A DNA stretch of 32,000 bases from Telmatocola sphagniphila (GTDB lineage: Bacteria > Planctomycetota > Planctomycetia > Gemmatales > Gemmataceae): NCBI RefSeq assembly GCF_018398935.1, contig NZ_CP074694.1, positions 4,350,001-4,382,000 of the forward strand, read 5' to 3'. Below, one piece after another: positions 16,975-25,008 of this stretch. Position 1 is the first letter of the stretch; each line of letters begins with the position of its first letter. The notes beneath the pieces were generated by a model, which ran no database searches, was not told where the DNA came from, and saw nothing but the letters and a program-made list of their open reading frames with translations. Position numbers and translations under genes: made by a program.

Positions 16975-19900
16975 TTACTTCTTCTCTTCCTTCAAAGTGG
17001 ACAGGAATTCCACCAGATCGCGAAGCTCCTGCTTCGAAAGCTTGGTGATGATGTCCTCGGGCATGGCCGTCTTGCTGGGGCGCTTTTCCTCAATGTCGGT
17101 TTTCTTGACATTGAAAACCTTGCCTTCGGCATTGATGATCTTCAAAGTCGTGCCGTCATCGCCGCGCAGCACACCGGTGATGGTCTGCCCATCGTTGGTC
17201 ACCACAATCACGCTCTCATACCCTTTGGCAATCTGCTTGTTGGGTAGAACAATCGATTCCAGGAGGTACTCGCGCGGCTGTTTGCCAACACCATTGATTG
17301 GCGGGCCGACTTCACCTCCGGTACCGTCGATCTTATGACAGCGCTGGCATTGCACGGCGGTGTTCTTGAGGAAGATCTCCCGACCCCGATTCGCGTCCCC
17401 CCCAAACAGGGATTCGCGATATTTGGACAAATCGTCATTTTTGGGTCGTGAAGCCTCGAAGGATTTCAGTTCTTCGGAGATCTCTTTGGTTTTGAATTTG
17501 GCCGCCGCTTCCAATACGTCGAGTTGAATTTCCGGCGCCACCTGTTTATTTCGCAGCTTGCGCAGCCAGGTCAGTGCCAGTTTCTCGGCATCCTTGGTTT
17601 TAACCGAACCGAGCACCTGCATTCCCGCCTGCTGCTCCAGCGGATCCTTGGCCGATAGCATCTGTTCGATCTGCTTCAGCACATCGGCGGGATTCGACTT
17701 CAGCATAATTTCCAAACCGGCCGAACGAACCTTGGGCTCTTTGGCAGCCAGGGCCACTTTCACGGCTTCTGGAAGTTCTTTCGCGGAGATCTGCTGTAAA
17801 GAACGCAATGCCGCCACGCGACTTTCGGCCAAGAGCCGATTATCACTCAGCTCCTTCAACAGAAGAGCTCCGGCCTCAGTAATGTGCAGCTTCGCGACCG
17901 CCTGGGAAGCTTCCGCAGGGATTTTTCCCCCACCTTCGAAAACGTGGGAGAGTTGAGCTTTCAGTGCGGTCGCTGCCGCGGTAGCATCGCGATCACCCAA
18001 ATTTTGAGTTAAGCCAGTGACGTAATCCCGTCGCGGCGGCTTGGCCCAGTTCGCGAGCATTTGCAAAGCCGTCACTCGGACGCTTTCAGAAACATATTTC
18101 GAAGCAGCGATTTTGGCGACCGCTTCTGCATTCTTTAAGCCGCCCAGTTTGAAGTTGGCATCCAGAGTGCGGAAAATCACAGCGGGATTCTGCTCTTTCT
18201 CTGATAGCAACTCCGCCAGAGCGGGGTAAGTTTCCTTCAGCTCCAGATCGTGTGCGGCTCGAATCGCTTCGGTGGAAATGTAAGCGTCTTTATCGGCGAA
18301 GAATTCGGTAAGGGCCGTGCTGGACTTCATTCGCAAAGCCAGTACCGCAGCCAGACGAATCGAGGCATCATCATTGGCCTTCAGGGCCACCAGTTGGGGG
18401 GCGTCGAATTGACCGGCTAAAACCATCACCCCGGCGTGACGCACATAAGCATCCTTGTCAGCATTCGCAGCGAGAAATGCCAAAGTCTGCGAGAACAAGT
18501 TTTGCTGCGCTTTCTTCTTCTCTTCCCCCGTCACCGCCACGGCAGGGAGTTCGTTCTTCAATGAAAGTTTGGCAATCGATAACGCCGCGTACATTTGCAC
18601 CCGGCTGGAAGAATCCTTGAGCAAATCGACCAATTGCTGGAAAGTAGCGGCTTGCACTTTGCCGATTTCGCCCAGCTGCTTCGCCGCTTGCGTCCTGATT
18701 TCCGCATTGGTATCCGAAAGCAATTTCACCAGTACTGGTTCCACAGAGGCGGAACGATCATTTTTCTTGATCATCCCCAGGCCCCAGATGGCGTGAATTC
18801 GCTGCAGGAGCGTTTTGCTATCGGTCGCCACTTGCGACAATTTCGTGGCAATCAACTGATCGTTTTTGGCTTTTTCGACCAGAGCGAATTGCGCTTCCTG
18901 GCGAACCTTACGGTGCGGGAAAGCGAGCAGTTCGATCAACTCGTTCACAGGCTTCTTGGTCAGATCGCTGGCGATCAGTTCTTTCGCGATGGCGACATTG
19001 GGATCTTTCATCGCCTCGGCGTCGGTCACCTTATAAATTCGGCCCTTCCCCTGAATATCCCAGCCTTCAATCCAGTCGCTCAGGTAGAAGGCCCCATCGG
19101 GCCCGAAATCGCAATCGGTGGCCAGCACATTCCAGACGAAATGGTGCGAATCTACCATTTCGAAGCTGGCTCCTTTAGACTTGGTCGAGAACGACCAGAT
19201 ACCGCTGGCGCCGGAGGAGCCGCGGAAATCGACCAGGAAGAAATGATCCTTATAACGATCCGACAGACCCAAGCCGGGATAGTGGACGAAACCGCTGGGT
19301 CCATCGGCGTAATAGCAAACCGGCGGAACGATGTAAGCCGCCTGCCCAGCGTGGCGGGTATGCCAAAGCTTTTCGGCATTCCAGGGGCCGCGATCGCTAG
19401 TAGCACTGCCGTACTGATAACCGGTGCGCCAGCCGCTGTCCGCCCCTTCAATAATGTGCGTGAAGCGAGCTTTATCCCCCGAATCGGAGTTGTTGTCGAC
19501 CGTGAACAGGTTGCCATAGTCGTCGAAGGCCAGTTCCTGCGGATTGCGGAGCCCCTTATGAACCATTTCCAGGTTCGAGCCATCCAGATCGCAGCGCAGA
19601 ACACCCCCCATATCGGGGTAGAAAAGTTCCTTGCCTTCTTTGTTGATGACGTTCAGGCCGCGATCGCCGAGGCTGAAGTAGAGTTTGCCATCGGGCCCCA
19701 TTGTCAGACCGTGCATGTCGTGGCCGAGGAAGGCCGTATGCACGCCGAAGCCGGTCGCCAGATTCTGTTCGACATCGGCTTTGCCCGTTCCCTTGGTGTC
19801 TTTGAACTTCCAGAGGGTGGGAATGCAGGTAGCGAAGACATCGCCTTTGCGAGCCAGCACGCCGGCCAGGATGCCATCTTCGGCATGGCCGAAGCGGTCG

Positions 19901-20376
19901 GCGAAAACGGTGGACTTATCGGCTTTGCCCGCGCCTTTGGTGTCTTCGAGGAGCTTGATTCGCTCGCTGGTAGACTCATAAATCTCCGTGAATCGCTCTT
20001 TCGCATCCTTCTTGTAGATGTTCACGCGATCGGCCACGCTTCGGGAAGCTAAGTCATCATCCAACCAGTACATATGGCCGCGGTTATCGGTCACTCCATG
20101 GGAATGGCGATAGGTCTCGCAGACGTAGCATTTACCATTCTCATCGAAGGAGAAAGCCACAGGATGGGCCAGCAGAGGTTCCGCTGCCCAGACAGTGGCT
20201 TTCAGCCGTTTATCCATCTGGAAACGGGGAATGGCCTTTTCCGCTTCGTCCGAGGCTTTGGCAAGCTTCGGCATAAACCCGGAACTGGGTCCAATGGCTT
20301 CGGGCGGAGAGGCACTGAGTGCAAACGAACCAATTAATGCCCCCAGAGGGAGCGCGGTCAATCGAAGCCAAGTCAT
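16975..20376 (-). CDS. PVC-type heme-binding CxxCH protein (membrane-bound dehydrogenase-like beta-propeller + HEAT repeats + C-terminal cytochrome c)
   Basis: The 1133-aa protein has a signal peptide. The N-terminal region is glucose/sorbosone-dehydrogenase-like, a long HEAT/ARM-like repeat middle follows, and the C-terminus contains CQRCHKIDGTGGEVGPPINGVG. This architecture is the one described for Pirellula/Verrucomicrobium-type putative heme-binding proteins. Confidence 0.85.
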   Translation of the reverse strand: MTWLRLTALPLGALIGSFALSASPPEAIGPSSGFMPKLAKASDEAEKAIPRFQMDKRLKATVWAAEPLLAHPVAFSFDENGKCYVCETYRHSHGVTDNRGHMYWLDDDLASRSVADRVNIYKKDAKERFTEIYESTSERIKLLEDTKGAGKADKSTVFADRFGHAEDGILAGVLARKGDVFATCIPTLWKFKDTKGTGKADVEQNLATGFGVHTAFLGHDMHGLTMGPDGKLYFSLGDRGLNVINKEGKELFYPDMGGVLRCDLDGSNLEMVHKGLRNPQELAFDDYGNLFTVDNNSDSGDKARFTHIIEGADSGWRTGYQYGSATSDRGPWNAEKLWHTRHAGQAAYIVPPVCYYADGPSGFVHYPGLGLSDRYKDHFFLVDFRGSSGASGIWSFSTKSKGASFEMVDSHHFVWNVLATDCDFGPDGAFYLSDWIEGWDIQGKGRIYKVTDAEAMKDPNVAIAKELIASDLTKKPVNELIELLAFPHRKVRQEAQFALVEKAKNDQLIATKLSQVATDSKTLLQRIHAIWGLGMIKKNDRSASVEPVLVKLLSDTNAEIRTQAAKQLGEIGKVQAATFQQLVDLLKDSSSRVQMYAALSIAKLSLKNELPAVAVTGEEKKKAQQNLFSQTLAFLAANADKDAYVRHAGVMVLAGQFDAPQLVALKANDDASIRLAAVLALRMKSSTALTEFFADKDAYISTEAIRAAHDLELKETYPALAELLSEKEQNPAVIFRTLDANFKLGGLKNAEAVAKIAASKYVSESVRVTALQMLANWAKPPRRDYVTGLTQNLGDRDATAAATALKAQLSHVFEGGGKIPAEASQAVAKLHITEAGALLLKELSDNRLLAESRVAALRSLQQISAKELPEAVKVALAAKEPKVRSAGLEIMLKSNPADVLKQIEQMLSAKDPLEQQAGMQVLGSVKTKDAEKLALTWLRKLRNKQVAPEIQLDVLEAAAKFKTKEISEELKSFEASRPKNDDLSKYRESLFGGDANRGREIFLKNTAVQCQRCHKIDGTGGEVGPPINGVGKQPREYLLESIVLPNKQIAKGYESVIVVTNDGQTITGVLRGDDGTTLKIINAEGKVFNVKKTDIEEKRPSKTAMPEDIITKLSKQELRDLVEFLSTLKEEKK

Positions 20377-20494
20377 ACGCGATCCTTTTAGTCACGATCT
20401 CAAAGATACAATCTCAATTATTGTACTCTAATGTGCTTTAACGAAGATTCAAATTAGATCTGTACCAGTTCAAAAGTCCCAGAGAGTTCGGCCA

Positions 20495-20549
20495 GGAAAC
20501 GAAAAAGGCCGTTCAGAATTCCCATCTTCGCGGAATTCTGAACGGCCTT
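20495..20549 (-). terminator. Rho-independent terminator of the Rieske/cytochrome b operon
   Basis: A perfect 17-bp stem pairs AAGGCCGTTCAGAATTC (20505-20521) with GAATTCTGAACGGCCTT (20533-20549). On the minus strand the hairpin is followed by TTTCGTTTCC. It lies 27 nt after the stop at 20576. Confidence 0.85.
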
Positions 20550-20575
20550 AATGATTAATTCGAGGAAATACCGGC

Positions 20576-21967
20576 TTAGTGGGTCGGTGACGGATTACCT
20601 ATGCTGGCCAAGTATTGAGCCAGAGCCTTCCGTTCGGTGGCCGTGCCTACCAAGGGCGGCATGTACTTGCGGTAGGTGGATTCCGCTGCATTTTTATGCA
20701 GCGTTTCCAGTAACGCTTGGATGGCGGTTGCATCTCGACCCGCAATTAGCGAGGCCATCGGTCGGTAGCCATTCACAGTATGGCAACTGGAACATTGGCC
20801 CAGGAACATCAGGTGGCCGATGTCTTTCTGACGCTCGCCGGTTGCAGTGCCGTTCTGCCAGTCGGCCCGTTCTTCCGGTTTCAACCAAGGCGAGTTCTTG
20901 AGGAATCCTTCCGCATTGAACTTCTCGACATCGGATTTGCGAACGCCGTTGGAGTACATGTGGCCGGAAATCACATAAGGCTTGCGCAGCATCTCGCGAG
21001 CGTATTCCGTGGATCCCGTAGCGGCGGCGGCAATGAACATAATCGCCATTGCATGGCCAAAGCTGAAGTCTGTCGGCCGTTGGTAAGCGATGAAGTAAAC
21101 AATCGCGAGCACGGTGGCCGAGGTCATCACGGAAACCAGTGCTGAACGGGTGACCTGAGTGAAGGTGCCCTGCCCGATTGTGGTGATGCCCAGTTCCAAG
21201 AGGCCCTTGCTATCGGCGGGTACGGAGGAGAGGTACCAGAGGAAGAAGATCGGCATCAACAGGAACGAGGGAAACAACCACCCGGCGGACCAGCGCACCA
21301 GACTGGTTTTCAGTTCCGGTTTTTCATCGCTGTCGATCCGGGAAGCGGTCAGCATCCCGAAGATCCCGGCCATTGAGCAGCAAACGGCGATTCGCATGAA
21401 AAGGCTGGGGAAGTAGGTCGGGTTGAAGAAGGCCTGCCAGAAGCGTGAAGCTTCTTTGCCCGTCCCGTTCACTTCCATCCAACTTTCCCCGGGCGTCAGC
21501 ATAAAGGTTAAGATGCCGTTGATGATCACCAGTGTCAGCAGCGAGGTGATCGCATATAACCAACCGACATTTTGATGGGTCCTATCCGGAATGCGATTCC
21601 AGGTGTAATAATAGACGGCCGCCGCAGTCAGTTCGACAATGAAGAAGACCCATTCGATCGCCCAGCCGAACACAAAGTTATGGATGAGCGTGCTGGTCCC
21701 TTCCGGCTGAGCCAGACCGATGGCGAACCAGATCGCCACACCCGTCACCGCCCCATACACCCCGGTGAGCACCAGGAAGAAATAGGAGTGTTTCTTCAGG
21801 TGTTTGAGCCAATCGGTGCGGCCTTCTTTGCGGGCTTTGTATTCGGCCATGGCGAGATACAGGCCACCTCCCACTGCGAAGTGGGAGACCATCACATGAA
21901 ATATAGCGATGGCGCCGATCACCCAAGTGCTGCCGATAAACGGTACATCCCAAAATGGATAATTCAT
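20576..21967 (-). CDS. Polytopic membrane protein: cytochrome bd subunit I (CydA)-like domain fused to a C-terminal monoheme cytochrome c
   Basis: The N-terminal stretches [56 protein letters not shown] and [12 protein letters not shown] run parallel to E. coli CydA as I recall it ([48 protein letters not shown]). The C-terminus contains [11 protein letters not shown] (CxxCH). The long periplasmic Q-loop of canonical CydA is absent. Confidence 0.7.
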   Translation of the reverse strand: [463 protein letters not shown]

Positions 21968-21990
21968 ATTCTCTTACCTTCCGATCCAGA

Positions 21991-23130
21991 CTACAGAGCC
22001 GCGTAACCCCACAAAGTCGTTCCCGTGTAAATGATTATCACAAGGAAGATGAAGTAGGTGCCGCGGCGTGCGCGCTTGCCATTTTTTGAAGAATTATCGT
22101 AAAGCGGGAGCAGGGTCCAGAGAACCAGTCCCAGCGTGAAGACGGTCATCCCAACCACTTCGCCGGCGGCACCGGGGAACCAGTTTCCGAAGATCTTCAG
22201 AACCTGGAATTGGCTCATGTAATACCATTCCGGGTGAATTCCCAGCGGTGCGGGTTTCAGAGGATCCGCCGCCTGATCGAGTTGCCATGGGAATAGCGAG
22301 GCACATAGCGCCAACACGTTGAGCGTGATCAGCCACATGGCCAAGTCCTTCATCAGAAAGTTCGGGAAGAAGGGAATGGTTTTCCGTTTCGCGACGGGTA
22401 CTGATTCTTCCGAAGGCGGGGTGGCATTGCCATGCTTGGTCACCAGCCAGAGATGGAAGACCAGAATCGGCAGGAACAGCGCCGGGCAGACCACCACGTG
22501 CAATGCGAAGAAGCGTTGCAGGGTGAACTCGCTGACTTCAGGCCCCCCCTTGGCCAGCTCGGCCACTTTCGGACCAACCAGCGGCAGCGAATTGGGAATT
22601 TCCAGGCCGACCTTGGTCGCGAAGTAGGACAGGTTATCCCACGGAAGCAGATAACCGCTGAAGCCGAACAGCAGAGTCAGCATCAGGAGAGCCAAGCCGC
22701 TCCACCAGGTGAATTCGCGAGGGTTTCGGTAAGCTTTCATCAAACCGGCGGAGAACATGTGAACGAAGACCGCCGCGACCATCAGATTCGCCGCCCACGA
22801 GTGAGCCGAGCGAATCAGCCAACCGAAGTGAATTTCATAGGTGATCTTTCGAACGGATTCGTAAGCGTCGGGTCCCGGCCGGTAGTAGATCAACAGCAGC
22901 ACGCCGGTGAAGCACTGCACAATGAAGAAGAACAGTGAGATGCCGCCCCAGTAGTACCAGAGGGAATGTTTGTGTTCGGGGACTGTCTTCTTGGCGGCGA
23001 AATGGAGGATTTCATCCAGACCCAATCGGCTGTTGGCCCAATCGTATAATCGCTGTTTCAGGGGAGCCGACACAACGGGCTTAATTTCGACCGCCGTCAC
23101 GCCGCCCGATGTTATGGTTTCGTTTTGCAT
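21991..23130 (-). CDS. Cytochrome b (fused b6 + subunit IV-like) of a Rieske/cyt b complex
   Basis: The heme ligand pairs are HSWAANLMVAAVFVH (Hx13H) and HVVVCPALFLPILVFH (Hx14H). The motifs GYLLPWD and PEWY are present. An AGGAG RBS lies inside the end of the Rieske gene. Confidence 0.9.
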   Translation of the reverse strand: MQNETITSGGVTAVEIKPVVSAPLKQRLYDWANSRLGLDEILHFAAKKTVPEHKHSLWYYWGGISLFFFIVQCFTGVLLLIYYRPGPDAYESVRKITYEIHFGWLIRSAHSWAANLMVAAVFVHMFSAGLMKAYRNPREFTWWSGLALLMLTLLFGFSGYLLPWDNLSYFATKVGLEIPNSLPLVGPKVAELAKGGPEVSEFTLQRFFALHVVVCPALFLPILVFHLWLVTKHGNATPPSEESVPVAKRKTIPFFPNFLMKDLAMWLITLNVLALCASLFPWQLDQAADPLKPAPLGIHPEWYYMSQFQVLKIFGNWFPGAAGEVVGMTVFTLGLVLWTLLPLYDNSSKNGKRARRGTYFIFLVIIIYTGTTLWGYAAL

Positions 23131-23131
23131 G

Positions 23132-23611
23132 TCAACTCCTCGTTACCGTCACGCTACCCGGTTGCACTTTGACCTGGAATCGATCCAGAGGGCGAGGTGG
23201 CGGACCGCTCACATTTTTACCCGAGGCGGGATCGTAGGTGCCGCCATGGCAGGCACAGTAGATGCGTTCTTTTTCCGGTTCATACTGCACGGTGCAGGCG
23301 AGGTGCGTGCACACGGCCGATAAAGCGGTCCACTCCCCATTGGGAAGATGGATCAGCATGGCCGGTTTGTTTCCGAACTTGAAGATCGTAGCCGAGCCTT
23401 TGGGAAGTTCGTCGGCCTTGGGTAGAGTCACTTCGCTGACTGCACCGGCCGCTTCCGCTTTTTCAATTGGCGAGGCCAGGTACTTGTAGACCGGGTAGCC
23501 GATCATGCCGGCATAACCACAACCGACCGCGGCGGTGACAACCTGAATAAAGACGCGCCGGGAGGGACTGCCGGTATCGGTGTCCGGGGCCAGCGGGAGT
23601 TCCGTTTTCAT
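23132..23611 (-). CDS. Rieske [2Fe-2S] protein with Tat-type signal/anchor
   Basis: The cluster-binding boxes are CTHLACTV and CACHGGTYD. The N-terminus contains SRRVFIQVVTAAVG. Confidence 0.9.
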   Translation of the reverse strand: MKTELPLAPDTDTGSPSRRVFIQVVTAAVGCGYAGMIGYPVYKYLASPIEKAEAAGAVSEVTLPKADELPKGSATIFKFGNKPAMLIHLPNGEWTALSAVCTHLACTVQYEPEKERIYCACHGGTYDPASGKNVSGPPPRPLDRFQVKVQPGSVTVTRS

Positions 23612-24756
23612 ACATTCTCCTGCGAAATTTCTTCAGGCTTGCTCTGGAAGGCCACGGTCGACAACCAGGCCAGGACTCCCAATCCGATCACGAACAGGAG
23701 CAGAAACAGACCCAATACTGTCCAGTTCACAAAGACATCACGTTTCCAGACGTCGTAGCCAAAGTGCGAAAGCGAAGTATCCCGAATCAGATCGCGGCTA
23801 ACCACGGCTCCGACGATATTCAGGAATGCCGTAAGCGACACTGCGATAAGGGCCGGCAATCCGCCCAGGTTCTCTTTCGTGATCAACAAACCGGCGAGAG
23901 CAGCAGTACCCACTGCCCCGATTGCCCAGACCGCGGCGGAGATCAACCAGACGGTATCGCCCGAGTTGCAAACGGCTTGCACGTAATCGGGTTGCGAGGC
24001 CCAGACCCAGTAGCCAGTGGCCAGCGAACCGATCGAACCGAATAGAGCCAGAGGAGCTCCCGTTTTGCGAAGGTAATGGCTGGTACCAGAATTCTGGCAG
24101 TGGCTGCGGGAGACCCAGATCATCCAGACGCCGGCGGCGGCAAAGCTTGAGATCAGCACGTAAGCGAAGCGCGGCAGCCAGACGAGTTCTTTCTCAGGCA
24201 TATGGCTACCGAGCGCATCGGCCCGATAGAGATCCCTCCAGAGATCGGGTCGCAGCATCAAGGTCATATTCGTCGAGTAGATCTTGGCGATAAAGATCGC
24301 CAGTACCAGCGAGAAGAAGCCATGGACCCACCACGGCCGACTACTTTCGGCGCGATACTTCATCGTGTAAAGGAACTGATAACAGACGATGAGGATCGGG
24401 ATCACGGCTATCCAGTACGCCCCAATCAGCACGCTGCTGGTATAAAGCGCCCGGCCATAGAGAACCTGAGCGAAGAGTAACGGCGGCACGCCCAGGTTGA
24501 TGACATAGGTCATGATCACCGGCAGCCAGCCCGCGATCTTGCCGGAAGCTTCGGTAATATCGTTACGGTTTGACGATCGCCCATACCAGTTGAAGAAGAT
24601 GGCCGTGAAGAGGCCGCCAATCAACAGGAACAGCGCCAGGAAGTGCAGCGTGAGCGTCAGATCGTGAAGGATTTTGAAAAGCCAAACCGGCGCCGGAATC
24701 GGGATTGGATCTACTGCCGGGAAAAGGAGATCGGTCGATTGGCCAAATAGTATCAT
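23608..24756 (-). CDS. Polytopic membrane protein of unknown function, first gene of the Rieske/cyt b operon
   Basis: The 382-aa protein has about ten hydrophobic spans by eye. Its stop overlaps the Rieske start in an ATGA arrangement. The N-terminus is PAPVWLFKILHDLTLTLHFLALFLLIGG. I recognise no confident family. Confidence 0.7.
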   Translation of the reverse strand: MILFGQSTDLLFPAVDPIPIPAPVWLFKILHDLTLTLHFLALFLLIGGLFTAIFFNWYGRSSNRNDITEASGKIAGWLPVIMTYVINLGVPPLLFAQVLYGRALYTSSVLIGAYWIAVIPILIVCYQFLYTMKYRAESSRPWWVHGFFSLVLAIFIAKIYSTNMTLMLRPDLWRDLYRADALGSHMPEKELVWLPRFAYVLISSFAAAGVWMIWVSRSHCQNSGTSHYLRKTGAPLALFGSIGSLATGYWVWASQPDYVQAVCNSGDTVWLISAAVWAIGAVGTAALAGLLITKENLGGLPALIAVSLTAFLNIVGAVVSRDLIRDTSLSHFGYDVWKRDVFVNWTVLGLFLLLFVIGLGVLAWLSTVAFQSKPEEISQENV

Positions 24757-25008
24757 CGTGTGTTCCGCCAGTCTGGGCTTCGACGAATTCTCAAAAAGTC
24801 TCGTTGAGAAATCCTACCACTTCAATGACCGAGAGGAAGAACAGAGATTAACCAAATATATATGACAGCAATTAAAAATTGTTTTCTCGTTAATGATAAT
24901 AGTTATCTCGTACTAGAGAAATGCTATTTTCACCGAGAATTGGAGATATAAATGTTTAAAAATTGACCACTAAATTAACAAAAGGAAATAGCCCAATTTT
25001 AATACACA

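Noticed and set aside
18595-20052. A 485-aa plus-strand ORF, the second-longest ORF in this region
   Set aside because: It lies entirely antisense to the 1133-aa heme-binding gene, whose domains are coherent. Its own translation is low-complexity and rich in R, G and A, with no motifs. This is a typical shadow ORF in GC-rich DNA.
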